DNA of 64,000 nt from Candidatus Nealsonbacteria bacterium (GCA_047456315.1 CP179889.1:384776-448775), one strand, 5' to 3'. Counted from the stretch's first letter, positions 53,763 to 63,523 are shown. Made by a program: numbers and translations. Notes: generated by a model from the sequence alone, not told the origin.

Positions 53763-56690
53763 TTATTTCTGAGCATAATTACAAATATCTTTGAAATCGC
53801 AAAATTTACAATTCCAGCCTGGATTTGCGTCAAAGCTGCTGCTCTTTATTTTTTCAGCCATAGCTATTATTTCTTGTTTTTGTCTTTCTTTATCCTGCTC
53901 GCTTCCTAAAAATGAAGTTTTCTTGCCTTCCTGCAGATAATAATAACTAAGCTTCACAGGCTTCAATCCCAGAGATTGTTCAGCTGCTATTTGATAGATT
54001 AATAGCTGTTGTTTGTTTTCTAGAGATAATTTTTCTTTATATTTCCCTGTTTTATAATCTATTATTTCAATTCCGTCTTTAGTCTCATCTATTCTGTCTA
54101 TTTTACCAATTAAAGTGTTGCCAGACACTTTAAACCTGAATGACACTTCTAAGGCCGGGTTTTCATTGATCCTGAGAATTTTAGGCTCTTCTTGAATAAA
54201 TTTCTCATAAAAATCTTTAATTATTTTTTGGCCTAATTTGTAATATTCTTGCTTCTGGTTTTTTGATTCATACCAATCATCAATCCAGTTTTTTTCATAC
54301 AACTTAATTAAAGCAGGTAGATTTAAAACTTTTTTTGCTGTTTTTTGCTTTGCTTGCTTATCTGACCCAAATAAATCAGATTGAACAGCATTCTTTCCTC
54401 TATCTATGAGTTTTACAAAATTATATAAAGTATTGTGCATTGTCTTGCCAAAAGAAAACACTGCCCTACCCCTTACAGGCACTCTTAACACATGAGCAAA
54501 TTTATACTGCAAAGGACAATTGCTAAAAGCTGCTAACTGGGAAAATGAAAGATGAGAAGGTAAATTCAAAGGAGCAATTGTTTTTCTCCTCTGTTTTCTT
54601 AGAGCAACTGTGTTTACAGCCCTTGCAGCCAATTCATCGCCTTTTTTAATAAAACCCATTTCCATTAAAAATCTTGAAGGCTTTTTCTTTCTAACTCCGC
54701 CATAATTATCAGCAGAAGTTAAAAATAATCTTTCTTTAGCCCTGGTCATTGCTACATAACAAAGCCGTCTTTCTTCTTCTAAATGAATATCACCTTTTGG
54801 GATAATATCTTTAATTAAATTTGCTGGTATTTCAATTGGCTCTCTCCGTTCTGAAGTGGGAAATCTTCTGTCAACCAAATTAACTAAAAACACATACTTG
54901 AACTCCAATCCTTTGGCTGAATGAATGGTCATAACCCGAACCATGTCCGGACCTTGTTCTGGATCAAAATTAAGCTTGCCCTGCTCTCCTGATTCAAGCT
55001 CCATATTTAAACTTTCCATAAAGTTTTTAAGAGAGGCGTTTATATTAGCTTCTTCAAAGTTTTTTATCTTTTGATAAAATTGATTAATTAAATCTAATTC
55101 TTGTTTGCTTTCCTTATTTGATAAATATTTCAGATAACCTGAATCTTTTAAAAATAAAACTAAAACCTCTGAGACATTTTTGTTCTTAGCTAGTTCAGTA
55201 TGTTTTTGAATCAAATTCAAAACTAAACTCATTGCCTGGCCAGCTGAGGGAGAAATACCAAATATGACAGGAAGCTCATTTAAAGCTTCGTATAAAGATT
55301 TTGTTTTACGTCTGGCATACTGATTAATCTTTGCAATATCTTGAGCTGGAATATTGAAAAAAGGAAGATTTAGAATTCTGTATAAAGCAGAACTCTCATG
55401 ATAATTATCTAAAAGCTTAAAATAAGAAATTATGTCTAAGATAACTGGTTTAGAATACAGTCCTCTGGAAGCTAAAAACTGATAAGGAAAGTTGGCTCTT
55501 TCTAAAGCCCTGGTAAAAGCATTAGCATGGTCATTAGCCCTGACTAAAATTACAAAATCACTAAAAGAAACATCCTTATTTTCTTTAGCTATTTCAGCTA
55601 TTTTATTAATCACGCCCTGTGTTTCTTCGTATAAGTCTTTAAAATGCAAATGCTCTATAATCCCCTTGCCTGTTTTAGCAGCTTTTAGTTTCTTGTCTAT
55701 TTTACTGACATATTCCAAACGATTTGGATCATTGGCTTTAATAAATTTGTATGACAAATCTAATATACTTTGAACTGAGCGATAATTTTCAATCAAAAAG
55801 ATTTCTTTGGTTTTTGGAAAATTCTTTTTAAATTGAATGATGTTATTATATGAGGCCCCTCTAAACCGATAGATACTTTGGTCATCATCAGCACAAACAG
55901 TTATATTATTGTCAGGCAAAGCTAATAATTTAATCAGTTCATACTGAGCCCAGTTAGTATCCTGAAATTCATCAACTAAAATATATTTAAACTTTTTTCT
56001 GAATTTATCCAGAATAAGCGGTCTGTCTTGGAACAGCTTTAAGCAGTAATTGATTAAGTCGCCGAAATCCAAAGAATTGTTTTCCAAAAGAAGTCTCTGG
56101 TAAACGTGATAAGCTGCAGCCACTTCTTTTAATCTTTCTGTTTCCTGAGATTCTTTTAAATCAGTAAGATTAGTTTTTAAACTATCTGCATATTTTAAAT
56201 AGTCTTGAGGATAAACACCCTGATCTTTACAGCGAGAAAAATGACTTATTAAGGCATAGACAAACTTGGTTTGATTTCCCAAAGGACGATAATAATTAAG
56301 GTCAAGCTTTTCTAAATTTTGTCTAATCAGCATCCATGCTGCTACAGGATCCATTAACTTAAAATCAGTTGGCAGTCCAATATCTAAAGCATGGTCTCTT
56401 AAAACCCTCTCGCAAAAAGAATGGAAAGTTGATATCCATAAATCCACATATCCATAAGGCAGCAGCCTATCCACTCTTTCTTCCATTTCACCAGCTGCTT
56501 TATCAGTAAAAGTAACTGCTAAAACTTCTTCTGGTTTAGCTTTTTTTTGCTCAATCAGGTAAGCGATTCTTTTTGTGATAACTGTAGTTTTACCTGTACC
56601 AGCTCCTGCCACAATTAAAAGCGGTCCTTTATCGTGAGTAACCGCTTGTTTTTGCTGTTGATTTAAATTATTGAATGATAATGAATCCAT
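53763..56690 (-). CDS. UvrD/PcrA-type helicase fused to C-terminal Cas4/AddB-like Fe-S nuclease domain
   Basis: Walker A AGAGTGKT, helicase motifs (VDEFQDT, YRS, TIHSAKGLEF, VAMTRAK). C-terminal nuclease GKIDRIDE..IIDYKTGK with Cys set NCP...CKFCDFKDIC. Confidence 0.9.
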   Translation of the reverse strand: MDSLSFNNLNQQQKQAVTHDKGPLLIVAGAGTGKTTVITKRIAYLIEQKKAKPEEVLAVTFTDKAAGEMEERVDRLLPYGYVDLWISTFHSFCERVLRDHALDIGLPTDFKLMDPVAAWMLIRQNLEKLDLNYYRPLGNQTKFVYALISHFSRCKDQGVYPQDYLKYADSLKTNLTDLKESQETERLKEVAAAYHVYQRLLLENNSLDFGDLINYCLKLFQDRPLILDKFRKKFKYILVDEFQDTNWAQYELIKLLALPDNNITVCADDDQSIYRFRGASYNNIIQFKKNFPKTKEIFLIENYRSVQSILDLSYKFIKANDPNRLEYVSKIDKKLKAAKTGKGIIEHLHFKDLYEETQGVINKIAEIAKENKDVSFSDFVILVRANDHANAFTRALERANFPYQFLASRGLYSKPVILDIISYFKLLDNYHESSALYRILNLPFFNIPAQDIAKINQYARRKTKSLYEALNELPVIFGISPSAGQAMSLVLNLIQKHTELAKNKNVSEVLVLFLKDSGYLKYLSNKESKQELDLINQFYQKIKNFEEANINASLKNFMESLNMELESGEQGKLNFDPEQGPDMVRVMTIHSAKGLEFKYVFLVNLVDRRFPTSERREPIEIPANLIKDIIPKGDIHLEEERRLCYVAMTRAKERLFLTSADNYGGVRKKKPSRFLMEMGFIKKGDELAARAVNTVALRKQRRKTIAPLNLPSHLSFSQLAAFSNCPLQYKFAHVLRVPVRGRAVFSFGKTMHNTLYNFVKLIDRGKNAVQSDLFGSDKQAKQKTAKKVLNLPALIKLYEKNWIDDWYESKNQKQEYYKLGQKIIKDFYEKFIQEEPKILRINENPALEVSFRFKVSGNTLIGKIDRIDETKDGIEIIDYKTGKYKEKLSLENKQQLLIYQIAAEQSLGLKPVKLSYYYLQEGKKTSFLGSEQDKERQKQEIIAMAEKIKSSSFDANPGWNCKFCDFKDICNYAQK

Positions 56691-56798
56691 TTTACTATCA
56701 ATTTACCCCTCTTTCCATTATTTAGCAATAAAAAATCGCTTTGTCAGCGATTATAAACTCAGACTCCTCTGATATGATATAGCTAGAAGACTGTTTAT

Positions 56799-57209
56799 TC
56801 AAACACCACAAATGTCTATAAAAATGCCTATCAGCAAAGCCAATAAAGAAAGAATAAAGATCAGCCCTGAATTCCATTGTGATTTTGAAGTTAAACTGGT
56901 TTTAACTAAGTAATGAAGAGCTAATTTCTTTTGAGACTCAATACAATCAGCTTTATCTACGGCTTCAATTAATTGATAATCCTTGACTAAGTTTGCTCTT
57001 TTTTTGGCAATATCAAAACGATGACCAAAATAAAGGATAAAGCCAGTAGTGCCAATATACCAAGCAATCTTTACCCACAAAGGACTGTACAAATTTAGTA
57101 CAATAATTATTCTATATGCAATAGTAGCGATTATACCCATTCCGAAAAAAAACAAACGAATAGGTTTGGGATTCGGCTCAATAACTTTTAAAGTTTTTTT
57201 ATCTTCCAT
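56799..57209 (-). CDS. small integral membrane protein
   Basis: 136 aa with 3-4 TM segments. Confidence 0.5.
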   Translation of the reverse strand: MEDKKTLKVIEPNPKPIRLFFFGMGIIATIAYRIIIVLNLYSPLWVKIAWYIGTTGFILYFGHRFDIAKKRANLVKDYQLIEAVDKADCIESQKKLALHYLVKTSLTSKSQWNSGLIFILSLLALLIGIFIDICGV

Positions 57210-57400
57210 ATTCTTTTATTCTACCAAAAAAACGCCATCGGGGCGATTTTTTTGTTGCTGAAAAATAGAGTTGATACCATTTTCTCTAGATATAAGCTTC
57301 TTTTTTCAATTTTATGCCTGTTTAATTCCGGGTGTTGACTAAGATTGACATAATTTTCGATAAGGTCTTTAATATAGATATGGTATTTTAAAAAAAGAAG

Positions 57401-57631
57401 ATGAGTAAAATGTCAGAACAAGATCAGAATAACATAGAAAAGATTGATAAGAATCTAGAAGAAACTATCTATAAAGTCAGATTAGCAGAAGATTTTATCG
57501 ATTTCTTAAAAAATCACCCCAGGGCACCACAAGATACGATAGATAATGTAGAACAAGTAAAGAAAATATGGGAGGAGGATCTCAAAAAATTGGTGTCTTT
57601 TACTAAATTATCTAAACAAGTGAGTGGTTAG
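57401..57631 (+). CDS. small hypothetical protein
   Basis: 76 aa. Degenerate partial copies at about 58420-58495 and 63385-63412. Confidence 0.4.
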   Translation: MSKMSEQDQNNIEKIDKNLEETIYKVRLAEDFIDFLKNHPRAPQDTIDNVEQVKKIWEEDLKKLVSFTKLSKQVSG

Positions 57632-57655
57632 CTACATATCCACTTTTTTTTATTT

Positions 57656-58495
57656 GAAAAATTAAAAATTTAAGTAAAAAAAATAGCCTGTTTAAAAAAT
57701 AACAGAGCTTAAGCGTCCTTTATTAGGGCTTTAATTCTTTCCTGGATATCTGGTCTTTTTTGAATATCTGATCTTTTCAAAATTTGCAATAATGAAACAG
57801 ATGCTTTCTCTTTATTCCCCTGACTATAACGTGAAAAATATGTTTCTAACTTCTTAAGTGTTCTAAAAAAGCTCGCCTCTCTTTTTTCGTCTGTTATTCT
57901 TAGGCTGTAATTCATCTGTCTAATATTTTCTTGTTCTAAAAAATTTCTATAAGTCTTAGGTATTTTCTTCCAATCTTCTACTTTTAACGGTGTAAGTGCC
58001 TGGAAAATAGTTTTTTTAGGTTCATCTTTTAGCTCAAACTCACTTTTTCCGAAAAATTTGCTATGAAATTCACGTATATCTTTCATAGCAACATCCCCTT
58101 GTCCTTCTAATATTCCTTTCTCTGAATCCTTGTATGTCTTATTTATCCTCTCTTGAATTTCTGAATTATTTACTCTTTCTATCTCTTCTGAATTTTCTTT
58201 ATATTTATATTTTTTAAAGAACTGTTTGATTCTTCCTATCTCCCAATTCTTCCATTTATTCTCTTCGTACAAAGAAAGAGAAGTTATAATTATAAACCAG
58301 GCAATTATCGCCCAGAAAATAATTAAAAATACGATCGTGCTGACCACCTCAATCTTTAATTCTATATAATAATCCTAGAATATAACATTTTTTTAAAAAT
58401 TTGTCAATTTGATATTTTAGTAGAAGATTCTATCGATTTTTTAAAAAAGAACCCTATGATATCACAACATGCGGTAAATAATGCAGAAAAAATCA
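57656..58495. repeat. 0.84-kb direct repeat, copy 1
   Basis: Matches 62574-63412: same terminator-side sequence AAGTAAAAAAAATAGCCTGTTTAAAAAATAACAGAGCTTA, paralogous gene and TTTGTCAATTTGAT promoter region. Confidence 0.8.
57709..58347 (-). CDS. membrane-anchored hypothetical protein (paralog 1)
   Basis: GTG start, N-terminal TM, charged body. Paralog of 62640-63314. Confidence 0.55.
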   Translation of the reverse strand: MVSTIVFLIIFWAIIAWFIIITSLSLYEENKWKNWEIGRIKQFFKKYKYKENSEEIERVNNSEIQERINKTYKDSEKGILEGQGDVAMKDIREFHSKFFGKSEFELKDEPKKTIFQALTPLKVEDWKKIPKTYRNFLEQENIRQMNYSLRITDEKREASFFRTLKKLETYFSRYSQGNKEKASVSLLQILKRSDIQKRPDIQERIKALIKDA

Positions 58496-58539
58496 ATATA
58501 AAAAAGAGAGGAAAAAATTACCTCTCAAGAAATTAAAAA

Positions 58540-59214
58540 TTATTTATATTTAGAAGGATCACTAAGGACTTGTATAATAGTTTGACTTAAAAATTTAGCA
58601 AGCTTCTTTTTATACTTGACTGAAGATTTAATCGCAGGCATTATCCCATCAACCTCCAGCGTAACATAACCTTCGTATGTTTTAAGTCCTTTCTTAATGA
58701 AATCTGGGAGTTTAGATTCTAGAAGCGCAGTCATAATCTCTGCCCAGTTGCTACCTACGAATAAAGAACCAGAATTCTTCGCAGCTATTATTGAGTTAGA
58801 AAAACCATGACTCCATCTAATCCAGTCAATCATTTTTTCAGCAATTTTTTGAGTTGACTCATCTTTTTGGGAATTATCTAATCCTAAAACTAAAATATCA
58901 TTATCATAAGGACGAGCTGGATAACTTCCCCAAGATCTTCCCTTGCCTAAAGCCCAAAACTTATCTCCTAAGCTAATTAGTACAACAGAGTCATACCTCA
59001 TAAATCCCTGGCGAGTTCTATGATAATCTGAATCATCTGCGATTAAAGACAAGGCATAATGAGGAAGAATTATTTCTTGTTCGCCATATCTTTTCTTGAT
59101 TTTCTTAAAAGTTAGATTAAGAATCTCTCCTGCCCTGTATTGCCCCTTTATCCTTCTCCTGATTATTTCTTTTACTTCCCACTTTATATTTTTTAACCTT
59201 CTTCTTATTTTCAA
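58540..59214 (-). CDS. hypothetical protein
   Basis: 224-aa ORF, basic N-terminus, no motif recognised. Confidence 0.45.
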   Translation of the reverse strand: MKIRRRLKNIKWEVKEIIRRRIKGQYRAGEILNLTFKKIKKRYGEQEIILPHYALSLIADDSDYHRTRQGFMRYDSVVLISLGDKFWALGKGRSWGSYPARPYDNDILVLGLDNSQKDESTQKIAEKMIDWIRWSHGFSNSIIAAKNSGSLFVGSNWAEIMTALLESKLPDFIKKGLKTYEGYVTLEVDGIMPAIKSSVKYKKKLAKFLSQTIIQVLSDPSKYK

Positions 59215-59361
59215 AGTACAGCATTCCTCCCTGTGTTTAGTAATTATTTTTTATCAAAATAACCTTTAAAAGTCAAGAAAACTTGACATTGCAGGAGTAA
59301 ATGATAATGTTTTGTTAGCTTTAACTTAATTTAAAAAAGAAAATGGAGTGAATGAAAAAAG

Positions 59362-59850
59362 ATGAGAGAAATAGAATTAATTAAAAGTGCCAGTCCTTGT
59401 GACACTAACTACAATGATAAATCAATCCAGACTATCTCAGACGCAAAAAAGAAAGGTAGAATACTTTGTTCAAACCTCAAAGAATGTCAGGAAGGAGGTA
59501 TCTTCTGCACCTTAAATCTCGGATGGAGAATGGCTCAATTTGTGATAGAAGGTGAACAAGACTTAGGGAAAACTCTTGAGAGCGAGAGTAAAGATTTTTT
59601 GAAAGAACATCCTAAAGGTAAATTCTGGATTAAAAAAGATGATGAATGGTCGGTAGTGGAAGGGAAGAGTAATGCAATAGACTATATTAAAAAATTCGCA
59701 ATTAATGTAATTGATGAAGATTCTTCCAAATTCAAGCCAGCTAAACGTGCAATTTTTGAAAAACCTTCTGATATTATAATAAATATGGCTGAAGCTATAG
59801 ACAGCACTATAAAGGACCTTAAGGACATGGCTGAAGAGTTTAAGGAATAA
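59362..59850 (+). CDS. hypothetical protein
   Basis: 162-aa ORF, no motif recognised. Confidence 0.45.
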   Translation: MREIELIKSASPCDTNYNDKSIQTISDAKKKGRILCSNLKECQEGGIFCTLNLGWRMAQFVIEGEQDLGKTLESESKDFLKEHPKGKFWIKKDDEWSVVEGKSNAIDYIKKFAINVIDEDSSKFKPAKRAIFEKPSDIIINMAEAIDSTIKDLKDMAEEFKE

Positions 59851-60018
59851 GGATTATTATTGTTTTATAATATGCAATAAGACTTACCACTAAAGGTAAG
59901 TCCTATTTTTTTAGATTCTAAAAATTTATACGCCTTTCGTCGCCCTTATGGGATAGACCTCTCGTTCATGGCTATTTTAAGCTAAAACAAGATAAATGAG
60001 ACAGTAGGAAAGGATAAA

Positions 60019-60465
60019 CTACAACTCTTCTTCAGTAATTACCTTTATTCCATTTCTCTTCAATAAAGCAGTTGTAACCCCATCGCCTTTAATTAGTCTA
60101 CCAAAAAAAGTCCCATCGTAAGTCTTCCCACAACCGCAAGAGGGACTTTTCTGTTTAGCAATGAATTCTTTTACGTTAAACATTTTTGCAATTTTTAATG
60201 TTTCATAAGCTCCGTGAATAAATTGTTCTGTAACATCTTTCCCCTCTTTATTCATTACCTTGCATTCTCCATCTAAAACTTTTTTTCCTGAACAACCTTG
60301 AATTTCTTGGGGAACTCTTGGTGTCGCTAATCCGCCTAATTGCTCGGGGCACACAGGAATAATGGATTCATTTTTAGAAACTTCTATTACTTTTTCACTC
60401 TTATATCTATCTTTCCCATCCCAGGCACATTTTATTCCTATTAAGCAAGCACTACATAGTTTCAT
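60019..60465 (-). CDS. DUF523/TudS-family protein (thiouracil desulfidase-like, 4Fe-4S)
   Basis: SACLIGIKCAWDG, PVCPEQLGGLATPR, SPSCG, GDGVTTALL blocks typical of DUF523. Confidence 0.85.
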   Translation of the reverse strand: MKLCSACLIGIKCAWDGKDRYKSEKVIEVSKNESIIPVCPEQLGGLATPRVPQEIQGCSGKKVLDGECKVMNKEGKDVTEQFIHGAYETLKIAKMFNVKEFIAKQKSPSCGCGKTYDGTFFGRLIKGDGVTTALLKRNGIKVITEEEL

Positions 60466-60746
60466 ATATTAAAAGTATACCATATTATAAACTCTTTAAA
60501 AATTAACCACTAGTTATTTCTATGTCGTAATTTTAAAACCTTTCTTGTAAACAAACGAAAAACAAAAACCGGCTATTAATAGTCAGTTTTTGTTTCTTCT
60601 ATTTCCTTTAGAATGTTTTCTTTTTTTGAATTTTCTAATGTTTTAAAGGGCTCAAAAAAAGAAAGGAGATAGAAAAATAAAAGTATTATTAAGATTTTCC
60701 TATTTTTTCCTCCCATGCTTGCTCATTTTCAATGAATCAAACAAAA

Positions 60747-61313
60747 TTAAAAGTCCAATAGATCTTTCTGTTTAATCAATAAATCCCTTAATTCACTTAA
60801 AGACTTATTTATTCCTCTTCGATTAATCCCAATAAATGGTATCTCGATTTTTTCCTCGTCTAATTGGTTTTGTAAGCTTTCTATAAAGAGTCCTGGCTGA
60901 TGAAACGTGCCTCTTCGGGAGTATTGAAGTCTAATAGCACAAGAAGGAGAGTATTCTATCCCTAAGATTGCTACAACTTTGTAATCATTCGCTAGAACTC
61001 CTCTTATTATACTAACGACTTCAGAGGCTGAGTTTTTACATATCTCTCTAAATTCCGGTACGTCGTATCTATCTATTCCCTTAGGTTCTCTCTTTAAGCC
61101 GGTCGTATATCCACCAAATTGGCTCTCAGGACATGGCATTTGTATAATATTAATATTATACCTTAATATCTCTTCCACTATTGGTTTTATCGTAGCTGAA
61201 TAACCATACCTAACAATACCCTGCGCTTGAAAAGCTTGACAAATGAGACAAAAAGGAATAAATATAAACCTCTTACTTCTTTGGTCTGGCATTTTTATCT
61301 TTGGAATATTCAT
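60747..61313 (-). CDS. divergent DUF523-like Cys-motif protein
   Basis: PFCLICQAF, QMPCPESQFGG and YSPSCA echo the DUF523 Cys pattern. Start overlaps the upstream PP-loop gene stop (4 nt). Confidence 0.5.
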   Translation of the reverse strand: MNIPKIKMPDQRSKRFIFIPFCLICQAFQAQGIVRYGYSATIKPIVEEILRYNINIIQMPCPESQFGGYTTGLKREPKGIDRYDVPEFREICKNSASEVVSIIRGVLANDYKVVAILGIEYSPSCAIRLQYSRRGTFHQPGLFIESLQNQLDEEKIEIPFIGINRRGINKSLSELRDLLIKQKDLLDF

Positions 61314-62029
61314 AAAACCCTACCTTCTTTTTTTAAAATCACTTTTGATTGAGTTTTAATTATTTCTCGTGCTCTTGGTAATACAACTTTATCAAAATAG
61401 TTTACTACAGCAGTCTGAATTTCTTTACTCGGCATTTTTGGCAAAGGAGCACCTATTAAACACTGCGGCTCTAAAGTTTTAGGAGTAAAACCTCTTAATA
61501 ATAACAGATTCTTTCTCTCCCAATTAGAATCTAAATTCAACACTGGTAGTAATAATTCTATAGAATATTCTGCGAGAAAATCTTTGAATTTTTTTATCAT
61601 TATGGGCAATTCTATCACGAAGCCTTGATCTTTACGAGCTCCATCAGCAATATATTTAATTCCCATCTGATTGGCTTTAATAATAGTCCATACATACATC
61701 GCTGACCTACAAGTTAAACAATGAAACTGAGAAATAGTCAATTCACCATACTCACTTAAAATCTCGCTTGGTTTCATATTGAAATAGGGCAAAAAAAATT
61801 CTCTCCAAACCCCAGCTACGCAATGTGGTCCTAGAAATTCTACCATTTCTTTCCCATAACGTTCTATAATTCTTTTAGCACCATGCTCGGCATTATGTAC
61901 TTGAAGACCGATGCCATTTTCGAAAGTAACCATATAAACTTTAAATCCTTCTTCGACCAAATAACAAGCTGAGAGAAAAGAATCTCTTCCGCCGGAAAAC
62001 AATAATATTACTTCTTTCTTTTTATTCAT
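61310..62029 (-). CDS. PP-loop ATP pyrophosphatase (MJ0570/Dph6-like family)
   Basis: VILLFSGGRDS PP-loop, CLTCRS, ADGARKDQG and LLLPVLNLD...RGF resemble ATP_bind_4-type proteins. Confidence 0.7.
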   Translation of the reverse strand: MNKKKEVILLFSGGRDSFLSACYLVEEGFKVYMVTFENGIGLQVHNAEHGAKRIIERYGKEMVEFLGPHCVAGVWREFFLPYFNMKPSEILSEYGELTISQFHCLTCRSAMYVWTIIKANQMGIKYIADGARKDQGFVIELPIMIKKFKDFLAEYSIELLLPVLNLDSNWERKNLLLLRGFTPKTLEPQCLIGAPLPKMPSKEIQTAVVNYFDKVVLPRAREIIKTQSKVILKKEGRVL

Positions 62030-62173
62030 TTCTGTTGTTCCACCTCTATTTTTTTATTTAAGAACTATAAAGATTATATAATAAGATTATAATTTGTCAA
62101 TTATGCGAAAATAATTAAAAGTATTGCCTAAGGTTTCATCGCCATACTAAAAAATCACTCATAGAGCGATTTT

Positions 62174-62532
62174 CTAAAGTCTAATTTCTTTTTCAAGCCA
62201 CTCAATATGCTGGGTTTTTCTTTTCCAGAAAACATCTTCCCAGATATAGTGAAAAGCTAGTTTTTCCCAGCCAGCGTATCTTTTTTTAAAAAACCTAAGG
62301 ATTTTTTAGCAGAAACCAGTTTTTTATTAAACAACAATTTAGACATTATCTTCTGCTCCCAGGGAGGAATAGTTTCTAAGGCATCATAATGATAAAAATC
62401 TTCAAATAACAAATACTCTACAGAAGCTGGTCCAATACCATAAAGCTTTAAAGCTTGTTCTTTTAACCCTTCCCTATCCATTTCTCTCATTTTGAATTCA
62501 TCAATTTCGTGTTTTTTAAATTGTGAACTCAT
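62174..62532 (-). pseudogene. HhH-GPD glycosylase remnant, N-terminally truncated and frameshifted
   Basis: HhH LYGIGPASVEYLL in ORF 62257-62532. The conserved C-terminus YAGWEKLAFHYIWEDVFW continues in another frame down to 62174. The shift maps to the homopolymer run at 62281-62287. Confidence 0.55.
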
Positions 62533-62573
62533 TTTTTTTATACAAAAAGGGTTCTTTTTATATTTTATTATGC

Positions 62574-63412
62574 GAAAAATTGAAAACTTAAGTAAAAAAA
62601 ATAGCCTGTTTAAAAAATAACAGAGCTTATTTGCTTTGTTTAGCGTTTAACGTCCTTTATCAGAACTTTAATTCTCTCTTTGATGTCTTGTCTTTCTTTG
62701 ATATCTGGTCTTTTCAAAATTTGCAATAATGAAACAGATGCTTTCTCTTTATTTTCCGGACTATAACGTGAAAAATATGTCTCTAATTTCTTAAGTGTTC
62801 TAAAAAAGCTCGCCTCTCTTTTTTCGTCTGTTATTCTTAGGGTGTAATTCATCTGCCTAATGTTTGCCTGTTCTAAAAAATTTCTATAAGTCTCAGGTTG
62901 TTTTTTCCAATCTTCTACTTTTAACGGCGTAAGCACTTGGAAAATAGTTTTTTTAGGTTCATCTTTTGGCTCAAACTCACTTTTTCCGAAAAATTTGCTA
63001 TGGAATTCACGTATATCTTTAAGAATAATATCCCCTTGTCCTTCTAATATTCCTTTCTCTGAATCTTCGTATATCTTATTTATCCTCCCTTGAATTTCTG
63101 AATTATTTAGTCTTTCTATTAATAACTCTCTTTTTTCTTCCTCTTCTGAACTTTCTTTATATTTATATTTTTTAAAGAACTCTTTTATTTTTATAGATAT
63201 TGTCCAATTCCATTTATTCTCTTCGTATAAACAAAGAGAAATCATAATTATAATCCAAGCAATCATCACCCAGAAAATAATTAAAAATACGATTTTTTCA
63301 ATCGTGCTGACCACCTCAATCTTTAATTTTATATAATAATTGTAGAATATAACATTTTTAAAAAAATTTGTCAATTTGATGTTAGATGCGATAGATAATG
63401 CAGAAAAAATCA
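62574..63412. repeat. 0.84-kb direct repeat, copy 2
   Basis: See 57656-58495. Carries small indels relative to copy 1. Confidence 0.8.
62640..63314 (-). CDS. membrane-anchored hypothetical protein (paralog 2)
   Basis: Start set at the GTG homologous to the copy-1 start. The ORF-track 5' extension to 63494 runs through the promoter region. Confidence 0.55.
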   Translation of the reverse strand: MVSTIEKIVFLIIFWVMIAWIIIMISLCLYEENKWNWTISIKIKEFFKKYKYKESSEEEEKRELLIERLNNSEIQGRINKIYEDSEKGILEGQGDIILKDIREFHSKFFGKSEFEPKDEPKKTIFQVLTPLKVEDWKKQPETYRNFLEQANIRQMNYTLRITDEKREASFFRTLKKLETYFSRYSPENKEKASVSLLQILKRPDIKERQDIKERIKVLIKDVKR

Positions 63413-63523
63413 GAGTTGACACTATTTTACCTTTGACAACCTTTGTTGTTGGAATTAAAATTGATGTATAGTATAACAAAATTTCAAAAAACAAAATCTC
63501 GGAGAAACCGGGGTTTTAAAACA

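Noticed and set aside
494-57261. Many 60-110-aa ORFs in the six-frame track lie antisense to, or in alternative frames within, larger genes. Examples: 494-703, 737-940, 6072-6293, 12002-12211, 17290-17535, 20859-21077, 23069-23317, 25914-26129, 26118-26306, 30394-30645, 32469-32720, 35933-36262, 38768-40069 set, 41409-41636, 42301-42604, 44050-44277, 45409-45624, 46216-46464, 48236-48484, 49684-49899, 51621-52298, 52321-52539, 55492-55773, 57049-57261.
   Set aside because: These are shadow ORFs expected in AT-rich DNA. They have low-complexity or hydrophobic nonsense composition, no start context, and each overlaps a gene with clear family motifs.
63315-63494. 60-aa N-terminal extension of ORF 62640-63494.
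   Set aside because: The paralog at 57709-58347 starts at the homologous GTG. The extension runs through the shared promoter region (TTTGTCAATTTGAT) and remnants of another gene.
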